Program-made: the position numbers and the translations under genes
The notes under the pieces: generated by a model
Told to the model about the DNA's origin: nothing
The model's database searches: none
Seen by the model: only the letters and a program-made list of their open reading frames with translations
Origin: a virus
IMG/VR virus record: IMGVR_UViG_3300008113_000014
Span: 32,001 to 96,000 of that record
Reading direction: 5' to 3' (one strand)
Length of the DNA stretch: 64,000 bases
In this document: piece by piece, positions 9,717 to 19,945 of the stretch
Numbering within the stretch: position 1 is the first letter of the stretch
Layout of the letters: every line of letters begins with the position of its first letter

Positions 9717-10847
9717 TTATGCGTCTGCTGCTGCATCTGCGTAAGCAACTGCATCAAGCTCTTCCCATTGAAGACCGAAACGAACGAATACTGTGTATTC
9801 AATTGTATCCTTCTTTGGCTGGTAAGTACGGTTTACAGTGATATCACGCTGGAATCCCCATACACGGTTTGAAGGGAATGTAAGATCTACATAGCCTGCT
9901 GGGTAGTATGGAACTTCCTGAACGTCAACACCAAGAACACGTGTTGTACGTGCTCCACCAAATGTCTGAGCTGTACCATCAAGGTATGCCTGACGATTTG
10001 CTGGTGTACCTGCTGGGCGGTTAGCAAATGCTTCTGCTACTGCGTCTGCAAGTGTACCGTTGTTCTTGATGATTCCTTGGAATGCATCTGTACCTGCGTA
10101 GAACTTTAGGTTAGACTTGATTGCACGATACTTACGTGGCATTGCAAGAATAATATTCTGCATTACTTCTGTTGTCCATGCGTTGTTTGCAACTGTTACG
10201 ACTGACTCATTTGCGCCTGAGCCTGCTGCCTTAACCTTTGAAACGAAGCCTTCCATGATGTTCAGGAATGCGTCTCCGCCAGTTCCTGTACCATTGATTG
10301 CAAGATCTTCAATGTCGTTAGCAAAAGCATTTGTCATCAAGCGAACTAGATGATCTTCCAATGCTCCGCCTTCAATATTATCTTCAAGTGCTTCTGTTGA
10401 AACTTCCCAGTCAAGACGAATCTTCTTGGTTGTAAGTTCAACCTTAGAGAATGTTGCACCTGCATTTGAGAATGTAGGTTGTGCCTGTGCTGCTGCACGG
10501 ATGACACGCTCTCCAACGTTAACCTTTTCAAGTTCCATTGTGTTTGCACGCATTGTGACTCTACGTCCATCTTGAGCTAGTACAGTTGCATCCCATACAT
10601 AATCAATAAAGCGACGAGCCTGCTCTGGAAGCAGAATACCGCCTGGCGTACCAGATGGATTTACTGCGTTTGGTCCAGAAGTAAGTCCAAAGTTTGCAGT
10701 TGCAATGTTACCCATTACATCTGTTGGAGAAAGATTTCCAAGTGGTCCCTGTGCTACTGCACCGCCGATGCCGCCTGAAACTGCAACGCCGTCACCTGTT
10801 GGATGATTAAAAGACTTTTGAATATCTGTGTTATTTTGTTCTGACAT
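9717..10847 (-). CDS. Major capsid protein (HK97 fold)
   Basis: GGILLPEQARRFID, VSTEALEDN and DLAINGTG motifs; GGAGGTGA RBS favours the MSEQ start at 10847. Confidence 0.92.
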   Translation of the reverse strand: MSEQNNTDIQKSFNHPTGDGVAVSGGIGGAVAQGPLGNLSPTDVMGNIATANFGLTSGPNAVNPSGTPGGILLPEQARRFIDYVWDATVLAQDGRRVTMRANTMELEKVNVGERVIRAAAQAQPTFSNAGATFSKVELTTKKIRLDWEVSTEALEDNIEGGALEDHLVRLMTNAFANDIEDLAINGTGTGGDAFLNIMEGFVSKVKAAGSGANESVVTVANNAWTTEVMQNIILAMPRKYRAIKSNLKFYAGTDAFQGIIKNNGTLADAVAEAFANRPAGTPANRQAYLDGTAQTFGGARTTRVLGVDVQEVPYYPAGYVDLTFPSNRVWGFQRDITVNRTYQPKKDTIEYTVFVRFGLQWEELDAVAYADAAADA

Positions 10848-10873
10848 ATTGTTCACCTCCTAGTGATTTTGTT

Positions 10874-12181
10874 TTAGTTAAATAGGTCGGAATTTTTGAG
10901 GAAACGTCCGCCCCATAGGGATTTCTGAATCACTTTAGGTGATTCCTGTACAATCTCGCCGAGATCGCCAGACTTGCGGAAAGCGGTATCTGCAACTACG
11001 GCATCTACGGTCTTTCCAAACTCGTTAAAGTTTCCCTTAACTTCCTTAACTTCATTTGTTACGGATTCAAGAGACTTTGTGATTGCATCAACATTGGCTT
11101 GCATAGCCTTTACTGTTGCTGCTAGATCGCTCAAGGCATTAGTTACAGAGTTTTGAATTTCAGAAACTGCCTTAGCAACTTCTGCTGTTGCTGATGCAAC
11201 CTCAACAATTGCTTCGTCATTCTTCTCTGTTACTTCTTCAATAGAAGGAGCACTACCCTCTTCAACAACTGCATCTGACTTTTCGGCTACAGTATCTTCT
11301 GTAACCTCTAGTGACTTTGCAACTGCCTCAGCAGGAGCCTCTGGAGCAACCTCAACTTCATTAACTACTTCTGCTGTTGGTGCTTCTAGCACATCAACAG
11401 ACGATGTTGTTTCTTCTGTCATAGGATTATCCTCCTTTGCTATCTTAATTGTTCTAATGCCTTTTGCACTATCAACTAAGAACTTTATCATTGTGGTTTT
11501 TTCTGAATCACTTTTTTCAACAAATCCTATATTTTTCATTTCTTCACCAGACACTGGGCTTAGCTCAGTTTCATTTTCAGATATTGTAACGATGCCAGAC
11601 TCTGAGTCCCAGAATACATTTTCAACAATTAAATCTGCTGAAGATCCAGTAATTGTATTTACACCGTCAACTTTTTCAACTGACATAATGTTTGCGAATT
11701 GATTAGCAGGGGAATCAACAAGACTCAACTCTATTAAATCATATTCTTTAATAATTCTAATTGGCTTATCTGATTTTTCATCATAGCCATCATCCCACTT
11801 ATTCATTCGTCCCCCAATAGAAAAACCAGTATAGGTTCCATCTAGAACTTTTTCCCAGGCATCTTGTGCGCCCTTTGAAATGTAAGCAGAAACAAATACG
11901 CCCTTATAAAACTTCTTTGTTTCTGGATCAAAGTATTTTTCTTCTTTAAATGAAATCATTTTACCAACAGCTGATGGTTGGTGCATTTCACGAATGTTTC
12001 CACGGAACTTAGCAAAAGCATCCATTGAGGCTTCAGTAGTTACAATGTCATCTTGCTTATCTAAGTTATCTAAAGATGCAAAACCAGAGACAATTCTACG
12101 GCCTTCATCAACTTTTGTGAGAGGCATAGATAGGCGAACGTTGTCGCCATTGGTCGTCCAATGTGCTTTATTTATATTCAT
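10874..12181 (-). CDS. Prohead protease fused to acidic scaffold domain
   Basis: HK97-type protease motifs REMHQ, GFSIGG, ELSLVDSPAN; acidic/coiled-coil C-terminus. Confidence 0.9.
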   Translation of the reverse strand: MNINKAHWTTNGDNVRLSMPLTKVDEGRRIVSGFASLDNLDKQDDIVTTEASMDAFAKFRGNIREMHQPSAVGKMISFKEEKYFDPETKKFYKGVFVSAYISKGAQDAWEKVLDGTYTGFSIGGRMNKWDDGYDEKSDKPIRIIKEYDLIELSLVDSPANQFANIMSVEKVDGVNTITGSSADLIVENVFWDSESGIVTISENETELSPVSGEEMKNIGFVEKSDSEKTTMIKFLVDSAKGIRTIKIAKEDNPMTEETTSSVDVLEAPTAEVVNEVEVAPEAPAEAVAKSLEVTEDTVAEKSDAVVEEGSAPSIEEVTEKNDEAIVEVASATAEVAKAVSEIQNSVTNALSDLAATVKAMQANVDAITKSLESVTNEVKEVKGNFNEFGKTVDAVVADTAFRKSGDLGEIVQESPKVIQKSLWGGRFLKNSDLFN

Positions 12182-12221
12182 GACGATTCTATTATACCAA
12201 ACCTTTTAAAACATTTCTCAA

Positions 12222-13853
12222 CTATTGAGACGCTCTACCCTCACCCTTTGGATTACGTCCAGTTGTAGTTGCTGGTCCATCAGATTGGCTATTTGTTCGT
12301 TCTGTATTTCTTTCTCTGTTACCTGCAAGGTTAGAGTTTGAATCTGCTGCTTGTCTTGGTGACATTACAAAAGGTGTATCTCCATCTGGATGTTGAGGCA
12401 AACCAATTGCTTCACGTGCCTCGTTAGGCATCATTACTTGAGTTTTAACATAACGCTCAAGAATTTGTGATTGAGTTATTTCGTCCGTAAGTGTAAGCTC
12501 ATTAAACTTTAACTCCAGAATATCTGTCTTTTCCTTAATGATTTTGCTAATTACCTTGTTTAAATGGCCTTGGGCTGGGCGTGAAACCTGTTCCTTAAAT
12601 GTACGATCTTGTGCTATTGATGCTGCAATGGCTGCTGAATCAGTACCGCCAAGCTTTGAAATTGGTACTTGATGGGCAACAAGAATATCATCACGGTTTT
12701 GCTTGCGATACTCTTTAAAGGAACCATCCTGTATACCGTTTTCAATTGGCTCCATCTTAAACTCAACCTTGTTTTGGTCTGTATCTCCAGGAAGTGGGAT
12801 GTAAAGAGTTCTATGTGATTGTGCCTTTAATCCTGTTTGTAGGAATCGGAACATCTTGTCTTCTGCTTCGTTAGAAAGCTTTGCTCCTTTGAGAGTTACA
12901 ACATAGCGTGGAACAGCCTTGTTCTCAAAATAATCAATGTTATATTGAGATGCAAGTTGATCTCCAAGCAATGATGGAATTGCTGCAACAATATCAGGGA
13001 TACCATAATATGTATTTAAGGGTGAGTATTCCTTTATGTGAATAATTTCATTTGGTCGTGGATCTGATGTTACTGGGTTTGCATTAGTTGCACCAAAATT
13101 TCTAAAGTAAACAACTTTTTGACCAATGATCTGCATAAAGCCATCACGTAGGCGACGTATGCGAATTGTTGTTGATGGGATATGTCCTACGTAACCAATA
13201 TCTCCGTTTACTGTACGACCAACCTCAATGAAACCATTTCCAGTTGATTCAAGGTCTGTGTATACCTTTTCCATTGTTTTTGTAAATGAATCATCATCAT
13301 TAAGGCCTTCAAGCCAATCACGCATTTCAAACTTCATTCTTTCAATACGCTTGCGTGCTTTATCTATAGCACTTTGTTCTTTGCCTTCAAAGCTCAACAT
13401 GGTGCGACCTGTTACTTCAAAAGAATATCCAAGTCCAACAATGTTAGCAACCTTGGCATCAATGGCAGCATGATTAGCAAAAGAAGTATCATAAAAATTT
13501 GCAAGTTCATATAGATTAAATGGAGGAGTAATTACATCAAATAGGCCATATCCATTTCGGTATACTGTTCCAGGATTAATTGCTTTTGATGCAGCATCAA
13601 CACCCGTTGGAGTAGAATTAGCAGAATCTGCATAGGCTTCTGTATTTATATCTACGCCTGTTGATCCATATGCATACTCTGCTTTGCCAATACTTCTCGT
13701 TGTTCTACGACGAAAGTTTTGATCAAGTCCAGAAAATTCTTTTATTGTATCCCAAGACTTATTAAATGGATCTTGCTCTTTAAAAACATTTTCCCGTTCT
13801 TCTTGAGTATTTAAACTTGCAGAAATATATGTGTAATCAATATCCTCACTCAT
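12222..13853 (-). CDS. Portal protein
   Basis: DLESTGNGFIEV, EIIHIK..SP...YYGIP and NEARE.IGLP motifs. Start moved to the ATG overlapping the upstream stop. Confidence 0.92.
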   Translation of the reverse strand: MSEDIDYTYISASLNTQEERENVFKEQDPFNKSWDTIKEFSGLDQNFRRRTTRSIGKAEYAYGSTGVDINTEAYADSANSTPTGVDAASKAINPGTVYRNGYGLFDVITPPFNLYELANFYDTSFANHAAIDAKVANIVGLGYSFEVTGRTMLSFEGKEQSAIDKARKRIERMKFEMRDWLEGLNDDDSFTKTMEKVYTDLESTGNGFIEVGRTVNGDIGYVGHIPSTTIRIRRLRDGFMQIIGQKVVYFRNFGATNANPVTSDPRPNEIIHIKEYSPLNTYYGIPDIVAAIPSLLGDQLASQYNIDYFENKAVPRYVVTLKGAKLSNEAEDKMFRFLQTGLKAQSHRTLYIPLPGDTDQNKVEFKMEPIENGIQDGSFKEYRKQNRDDILVAHQVPISKLGGTDSAAIAASIAQDRTFKEQVSRPAQGHLNKVISKIIKEKTDILELKFNELTLTDEITQSQILERYVKTQVMMPNEAREAIGLPQHPDGDTPFVMSPRQAADSNSNLAGNRERNTERTNSQSDGPATTTGRNPKGEGRASQ

Positions 13854-14253
13854 CAAAGGCCTCTCTTCCAGCAACGTTTAATGTATCCTGTGCTGCTTTC
13901 CATGCCCCAAGGTCATTCATTGAAGGAATCAACCCACTAGACATTCTGTCAAGCTGCTCTGAATGTTGTTCATCAGAAATACGTGTTAGTCCAGGAACAA
14001 AGATCGCTTCACCGTCTCCTGGATCACCATAATGTTTTGCTGCACTTTTAAGTTCCGCAATTTTAGTAAAGTCATTACGCATTGATTCAATGTTTAATAC
14101 ATTGCCACTACCGTCAGTAAACCACTTTCCAGTAGACTTTTTATATACATAAAGTCCCCAATCGTAATTCTTTTCAATGACCTTTTTACGGACATTTCCT
14201 ACAATAGGCAAACCAGTCTTTTGATTAATTAGTGGATTATTTACATTACTCAT
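13846..14253 (-). CDS. Hypothetical protein upstream of portal
   Basis: ORF; TGGTATACT ends ~8 nt before the ATG at 14253. Confidence 0.65.
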   Translation of the reverse strand: MSNVNNPLINQKTGLPIVGNVRKKVIEKNYDWGLYVYKKSTGKWFTDGSGNVLNIESMRNDFTKIAELKSAAKHYGDPGDGEAIFVPGLTRISDEQHSEQLDRMSSGLIPSMNDLGAWKAAQDTLNVAGREAFDE

Positions 14254-14300
14254 AACCATAAGTATACCATAACACTGTTAAAGTGAACAGGCCCTTACCA

Positions 14301-16334
14301 TTAATAGAGTTTAATCTCACAAGCATCTGTTGAGCAATACTGCTCTCCTTCAGCCTCAAGATTTTCTATTCCATCATAAATAGCAGACCAGTCAATCTTA
14401 CCAATTGTGCCTACATATGCGTTGTATTCTTCTCTTGAGATTTCGCTATATGGTTGCTGTGGATAAACCTTATCTCCCATTGGCAAGAAGGATACAGCCT
14501 TTAACTGGCCTTCGTACATATTTAATGCTGGAGCAACAAACTTCTTTTCAGTCTCTTTGTTAAATGAAAGTGTTACAGAAACACCATTATCTGACCAATA
14601 CTTCTGGGCTGTTGCTGCTAGACCAATCTTCTCAAATAGGCTAACATGTTTTTCAGAACGCTTGTGTCCTGAAGCAACTGGGAAATATACTACTGAGGTA
14701 TTTGCTGATACTAAGTCTGGTTCAATCTTATACCCTGCAGCTTTAAAAAGATGAAGCATTGGATCAGTATTTCCAAAACGTATAGCACGAAGATAAAACT
14801 CTCCTCCAGGTCCCCAGTGAACTCCAGGAGTTGCACCAGAAAGTAGTGACACTGATCCTGATGGCTTGACCGTTGTTACACGAACTGATTCACGAACACA
14901 TAGCCACTCTGAATATTGATGATCATAATGACGAATCTTTTTGTATCCTTCATCCATCCATTCACGAGTTGTTGGAAGTCCATATGTGTCTGCAAATGAT
15001 GCAATACCTGTCAATGAGGTTCCAATGCGACGATTACGTTGCATAATACCGTTTGTTTGTGGCCAGTGTGTTGGAAGAAGCGTTACAGTCTTTCCATAAA
15101 GGTACGCAAATTTCAACGTCTTGAGGAAGTCCTCCTTGGATTCATGACGATTTAAGTGCACTTCTACAAGTGTACAAAGTTCGTATGATTCCAATGGCTG
15201 CTCCGCACAAGGGTTGAAGCCCATAATGCGACTGTCCTTATAATCAGGAGCATCCGCAAGACGGCCATAATCACGGGCAACATCAAGCCAGATAAAACCT
15301 GGCTCTCCATTGTCTGCAATTAAATCTACATAGTCTTCATATTTTGTTCCAACTGTTGCTGAAATAGAGTTGTTTGACATCCATGCCCAACCTGGCTTTT
15401 CTGGATCATATGAGTTACGTTCTGGAAATACTTCTGGATTCTTAAGATTAATAAATCCATTATCTTCTGCAGTACCAAGTGCAAGAGTAGCAGAACGACG
15501 AACATTTCCTGATACCACACAGGTACCAATAAGATTAATAATATCAACAATAGCACGGCTATCTAAGAACTCTCCTGCTCTAGAGCCAATTACATTGCGA
15601 ATACGTGTATGGAGATCAATGAGTGGTGCTGGACCGCTTGCAACGCCTCCAAAGCCCTTAATAGGGGCACCTAGTGGACGGATAAGGTCATAGTTAAAAA
15701 GCTGAATTGATTGATTTTGGCGTAAAAATGAGTTAATCAAGATACGAACTGATTCAACCCAGCCTTCACGAGTATCAGGAATATCATATGTTGATTCTGG
15801 CTCTGTTGGTGCGTAGATTGCCATTTTCTTATCTTGGCCAAGAGTATCAAAGCCAACTCCAATACCTAGCATTAATGCATCCATTACCCAAGCAAATAAT
15901 GCACCAGGATCATTGCGGTCAAGGTCTCTAGTTGAAACCATTGCACAATTTTGGAGGGATGAAGAGTTGCGCTTTTCCATAGTCATTGGTGTACCAAATG
16001 CCCAAAGACCACGACCTGGAGGAGTCCACTTTAATTCAAACATTCTTTGAAAGGCTTCCTGTGCAGACTTCTGTGCTTTATTATCATTCCATGGTAGACG
16101 ATTATCTTTAGCATGATTCTTTTGAACTGAATACATACCCTCAATTACACGGCGACAAACCTCATGCCAGCGTTCTTTTGTTCCATCTTCTTTAACACGA
16201 GAATATGTACGAATAAATGTTATCTCTCCCAATGAATTGGACCCTGCATCTGAAAATCCAAATGGAGCTGGAGTAAACTGATATTTATTTACAAACTCTT
16301 CTGATAAACGAAACGAAAATACACTTTCTGACAT
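14301..16334 (-). CDS. nrdJ: Class II (adenosylcobalamin-dependent) ribonucleotide reductase
   Basis: RTYSR, PPGRGLW, LQNC, GNVRRSA, NPCAEQ, TTVKPSG and C-terminal CSTDAC motifs. Confidence 0.93.
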   Translation of the reverse strand: MSESVFSFRLSEEFVNKYQFTPAPFGFSDAGSNSLGEITFIRTYSRVKEDGTKERWHEVCRRVIEGMYSVQKNHAKDNRLPWNDNKAQKSAQEAFQRMFELKWTPPGRGLWAFGTPMTMEKRNSSSLQNCAMVSTRDLDRNDPGALFAWVMDALMLGIGVGFDTLGQDKKMAIYAPTEPESTYDIPDTREGWVESVRILINSFLRQNQSIQLFNYDLIRPLGAPIKGFGGVASGPAPLIDLHTRIRNVIGSRAGEFLDSRAIVDIINLIGTCVVSGNVRRSATLALGTAEDNGFINLKNPEVFPERNSYDPEKPGWAWMSNNSISATVGTKYEDYVDLIADNGEPGFIWLDVARDYGRLADAPDYKDSRIMGFNPCAEQPLESYELCTLVEVHLNRHESKEDFLKTLKFAYLYGKTVTLLPTHWPQTNGIMQRNRRIGTSLTGIASFADTYGLPTTREWMDEGYKKIRHYDHQYSEWLCVRESVRVTTVKPSGSVSLLSGATPGVHWGPGGEFYLRAIRFGNTDPMLHLFKAAGYKIEPDLVSANTSVVYFPVASGHKRSEKHVSLFEKIGLAATAQKYWSDNGVSVTLSFNKETEKKFVAPALNMYEGQLKAVSFLPMGDKVYPQQPYSEISREEYNAYVGTIGKIDWSAIYDGIENLEAEGEQYCSTDACEIKLY

Positions 16335-16414
16335 TTTTATATACCTTTCAAAGTAAAATTAACGGAGTGCTTTATGTTCTCTAAAGCAGTACTTAAGTAT
16401 AACACACTTTAAAA

Positions 16415-16440
16415 AGAAAAACACGCTCATAAAGAGCGTG
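16415..16440 (-). terminator. Intrinsic terminator after fibre gene
   Basis: CACGCTC-TTTAT-GAGCGTG followed by TTTTTC on the minus strand. Confidence 0.7.
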
Positions 16441-16483
16441 TAAATCTTTAGTATAGAGTTAGTACTCTATTATTTAATAAGTA

Positions 16484-19429
16484 CTATGCTTTTATATCTC
16501 CAGATAGTAACCATGCATCTGTTGCTACCTTTGTAAGTGTAGCAGATGAGTAGAGTGCTCTTAGAGTATTTCCTGGTGCTGCATAGATTGTTACTCCAGC
16601 TGCTGCTACAAAGTTTGCTCCACCTGCTCCAGATGATTGCCAGAAACTAATTGATGTTCCTACTGGAAAAGCAGTTGTTGCCATAGTTGGAACCGTTACT
16701 GCATATGCTCCTGAAATTTGAATTAACTGATCTCTCAGAGCAAGCCCACCTGTTGATAAGTTGTAGGCTGCTCCAATTGTAGTTGTTGTAGTTGTTAGTG
16801 ATGGTACACCAGCTTTTGTCTGAGTACCGTCTGTAAACGCTACACCTGAAGCAGAGGCTGTAATTAAACCTGATGCTGTAACTGCTGCTGCATTTACAGT
16901 GCCTGTGAATGTTGGTGATGCTAGAGGTGCTTTATTTCCAAGTGCAGTTGTAATGGTTGCTGCGTAGTTTGCATCATCACCAAGTGCTGCTGCGAGTTCA
17001 TCAAGAGTGTTAAGTGCTGCTGGTGCACCAGTTGTTAAAATAGCAAGTTCTTGCTGAACGAAACTTGTTGTAGCAACTTGTGTTGTATTAGTTCCAGTTG
17101 CTGCAAGTGGTGCAGTTGGTGTTCCAGTAAGAGCTGGAGATGCTAATGGTGCCTTAAGTCCTAGGTCTGTAGTAAGACCTGAAATTTTAGACTGAGCAAT
17201 TCCTGCTGCTGAAGCAATATCTCCATCAACAATTGTTCCATCTGCAATCATTCCTGATGTAACAGTTCCTGCTGGAAGAGTTACAGTGCCTGTAAATGTA
17301 GGTGATGCAAGTGGAGCCTTAAGAGCAAGTGCTGTTGATGTAGCATCTGAAATTGGCTTAAGTGCATCTGATGTATTGTCTGCGTTACCAAGGCCAACCA
17401 TAGACTTGGTTACACCAGAAACGGTGCCAGTAAATGTTGGTGAGGCAATTGGGGCTTTAAGATCAAGTGCTGCTTGTGTAGCGCTTGATATTGGTTTTAG
17501 AGAATCTGTTGTGTTGTCAACGTTAGCAAGACCTACCATTGTCTTAGTTATACCAGCAACGGTGCCAGTAAATGTTGGAGATTCAAGTGTAGCGTAACCT
17601 GAAATTAGTGCTCCTGTAGGTATTGTAACTGTTCCTGTAAATGTTGGTGAGGCAATTGGGGCACGTAGACCAAGAGCAGTTTGTGTTGCTGTTGAAACTG
17701 GCTTTGCAGTATCTGCTGTGTTATCAACGTTTCCAAGACCTACGTGTGCTTTTGTAACACCAGAAACTGTTCCTGTAAATGTTGGTGAAGCTAGTGGAGC
17801 ATATGTAGATGCTGCTGTAGAAGATGCAAGCTTAAGATCAAGCTGTGTTTGTGTAGCAGTTGAGATTGGTTTGTTTGCGTCTGTTGTGTTATCAACATTT
17901 CCAAGGCCAACGTGTGCTTTTGTAACACCAGCAACTGTTCCTGTGAATGTTGGAGAAGAAAGTGGAGCGTATGTTGTGCTAGCAGCTACTGCTCCAAGCT
18001 TTGAAGCAAGTTGTGTTTGAATATTTTCAGTTAATCCATCAAGGTATCCAATTTCAGTATTAGATACTGAACCAACAGTTAATGATGTTGCTTCAAGTGC
18101 ACCAACTGCAAGGTCATCAAGTGATCCTTGTCCAAAATTAACAGTAGTTGTTGGTGCATCAGCAACTCCCTTAAACAGTTTCCATTTTGCATCAGATGAG
18201 TCCTTTACAAAACCTTGATGTTTAGCTGTTCCATCGTTGTATGAGCCTACAAAACCAATATCTACAAGGTTGGCAGCATTACCACTACCAAGATAAATTA
18301 CTGGGTCTTCAACTGTAAGATTTGTTGTGTTTACAGTTGCACTTGTTCCAGAAACTGTTAAGTTACCGTCAACAATTAAATCATTGCTAACTGTAAGGTT
18401 GACTGCAGTTGCTGTACCAGTTAATGCTGGGCTAGCAAGAGGTGCCTTAAGATCAAGTGCTGTTTGTGTAGCGGTTGAAACTGGCTTTGCTGCATCTGAA
18501 GTATTATTTACATCTGCAAGTCCAACATGTGCCTTTGTTACACCGCTTACAGTTCCAGTAAATGTTGGGGATGCGATAGGTGCTTTAAGGTCAAGCGCTG
18601 CTTGTGTGGCTGTTGAGATTTGCTTATTTGCGTCTGATGTATCGTCTACGCTTGTAAGGCCAACCATTGCTTTTGTAATACCAGATACAGTTCCTGTAAA
18701 TGTTGGGGAAGCAATTGTGGCTCTAAGATTAATTTGATTTTGAACATTAGCTGAAAGTCCATTAAGGTATCCAATTTCAGTATCGTCAACGTTTGCAACT
18801 TTTGCCTGGAATGCTGTTGCATCAACGGCAAGTGAAATTGTGTTTCCAGGATCACTGTATGTCTTTAAAAGACCATTTCCAGCAACTATAGCAGTGTCAA
18901 TAGCATCCTGTGAAAGTTCTGCAATGTCTGCTGAGTTTGCCTTTAAATTCAGTGCAGTCTGTGTAGCTGTAGAAACAGGCTTATCAGCATCTGATGTATT
19001 GTCAACATTTCCAAGACCAACATCTCCCTTTACCAATCCTGCTGGAGATGTAATAGTTTTATTTGTTAAAGTTTGTGTTCCTGTTGTTGTAACTAAAAGT
19101 GAAGTATCTGCAATACCGTGGATGGCTGTTGTATCTGCTTGGTGGTTTGAAAGGTTTGTGGCAACTGTTGTAAAGAAAGCTGGATCATCGCCAATTGCTG
19201 CTGCAAGCTCATCAAGAGAGTTGAGTAGTCCTGGCGCACCTGCAATTGTTGTAGCAAGGTCAACGAAGTATGCTAGGTTTACCCAGTGGTTTACTCCATC
19301 ACCAATCTTAAATTTATTTGTGTCTGACTCATAACCAATTTCACCTATTGCTAGAATTGGCCCATTTCCACTATTTGTAGAGATCCACTGCGCTGCAGTG
19401 CCTCTACGTTGTTGCATTCTTGTTGCCAT
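16484..19429 (-). CDS. Fibre protein with Mtd-N-like N-terminus and ~45-aa internal repeats
   Basis: QQRRGTAAQW...GEIGYESDT.KFKIGDG N-terminus; repeated VGLGNVDNTSD..KP.STATQ.ALDLKAP.ASPTFTGTV units. Confidence 0.8.
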   Translation of the reverse strand: MATRMQQRRGTAAQWISTNSGNGPILAIGEIGYESDTNKFKIGDGVNHWVNLAYFVDLATTIAGAPGLLNSLDELAAAIGDDPAFFTTVATNLSNHQADTTAIHGIADTSLLVTTTGTQTLTNKTITSPAGLVKGDVGLGNVDNTSDADKPVSTATQTALNLKANSADIAELSQDAIDTAIVAGNGLLKTYSDPGNTISLAVDATAFQAKVANVDDTEIGYLNGLSANVQNQINLRATIASPTFTGTVSGITKAMVGLTSVDDTSDANKQISTATQAALDLKAPIASPTFTGTVSGVTKAHVGLADVNNTSDAAKPVSTATQTALDLKAPLASPALTGTATAVNLTVSNDLIVDGNLTVSGTSATVNTTNLTVEDPVIYLGSGNAANLVDIGFVGSYNDGTAKHQGFVKDSSDAKWKLFKGVADAPTTTVNFGQGSLDDLAVGALEATSLTVGSVSNTEIGYLDGLTENIQTQLASKLGAVAASTTYAPLSSPTFTGTVAGVTKAHVGLGNVDNTTDANKPISTATQTQLDLKLASSTAASTYAPLASPTFTGTVSGVTKAHVGLGNVDNTADTAKPVSTATQTALGLRAPIASPTFTGTVTIPTGALISGYATLESPTFTGTVAGITKTMVGLANVDNTTDSLKPISSATQAALDLKAPIASPTFTGTVSGVTKSMVGLGNADNTSDALKPISDATSTALALKAPLASPTFTGTVTLPAGTVTSGMIADGTIVDGDIASAAGIAQSKISGLTTDLGLKAPLASPALTGTPTAPLAATGTNTTQVATTSFVQQELAILTTGAPAALNTLDELAAALGDDANYAATITTALGNKAPLASPTFTGTVNAAAVTASGLITASASGVAFTDGTQTKAGVPSLTTTTTTIGAAYNLSTGGLALRDQLIQISGAYAVTVPTMATTAFPVGTSISFWQSSGAGGANFVAAAGVTIYAAPGNTLRALYSSATLTKVATDAWLLSGDIKA

Positions 19430-19472
19430 TTACTTGCTCCTCCAGGTATCAGTAGTAATATTATAACAGATT

Positions 19473-19925
19473 TTAATTGAAGTTATCAATTGAACTTCCG
19501 CCATCCCACGTTTCTGTGAATACAGTAGTATTGTATGCACCAGTTTCTATTAGTGCCCCCACTGTGTCATATGATCCACCCTCAATAAATATACTTGCAA
19601 GCATACCATTTCCATCAATAGATGTATCGTGAATATGCTCCTGCAATAATTCTGCATCTGCCATATTTGCTAAAGCAGCCCACTGATTATTATAATAAAC
19701 ATGTACTCTGTTATAAACAGTATCGTAGTACAACTGTCCATTTGTTGGACTTGCAGGAGCTGTTGATGATACAGCCATACCTCCTGTTAATGAATCTACG
19801 TACTCCTTAGTTGCTGCATGTGTTGCAATAGTAGGAGTTCCTACTGTTACCGCACCGCCGAAAGTTCCACCAAGGCCAACGATTATGCCATTCTTGACTT
19901 TAAAATCTTTGTTAACCGTTGACAC
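19473..19925 (-). CDS. Short fibre-associated protein
   Basis: Shares the N-terminus (T)VNKDFKVKNG with 19946..21913; HAATKEYVD fibre motif. Confidence 0.65.
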   Translation of the reverse strand: MSTVNKDFKVKNGIIVGLGGTFGGAVTVGTPTIATHAATKEYVDSLTGGMAVSSTAPASPTNGQLYYDTVYNRVHVYYNNQWAALANMADAELLQEHIHDTSIDGNGMLASIFIEGGSYDTVGALIETGAYNTTVFTETWDGGSSIDNFN

Positions 19926-19945
19926 TTGGTTTCTCCTTTGTTAGA

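Noticed and set aside
16484-19429. Diversity-generating retroelement suggested by the Mtd-N-like domain
   Set aside because: No reverse transcriptase or TR/VR pair is seen in the window.
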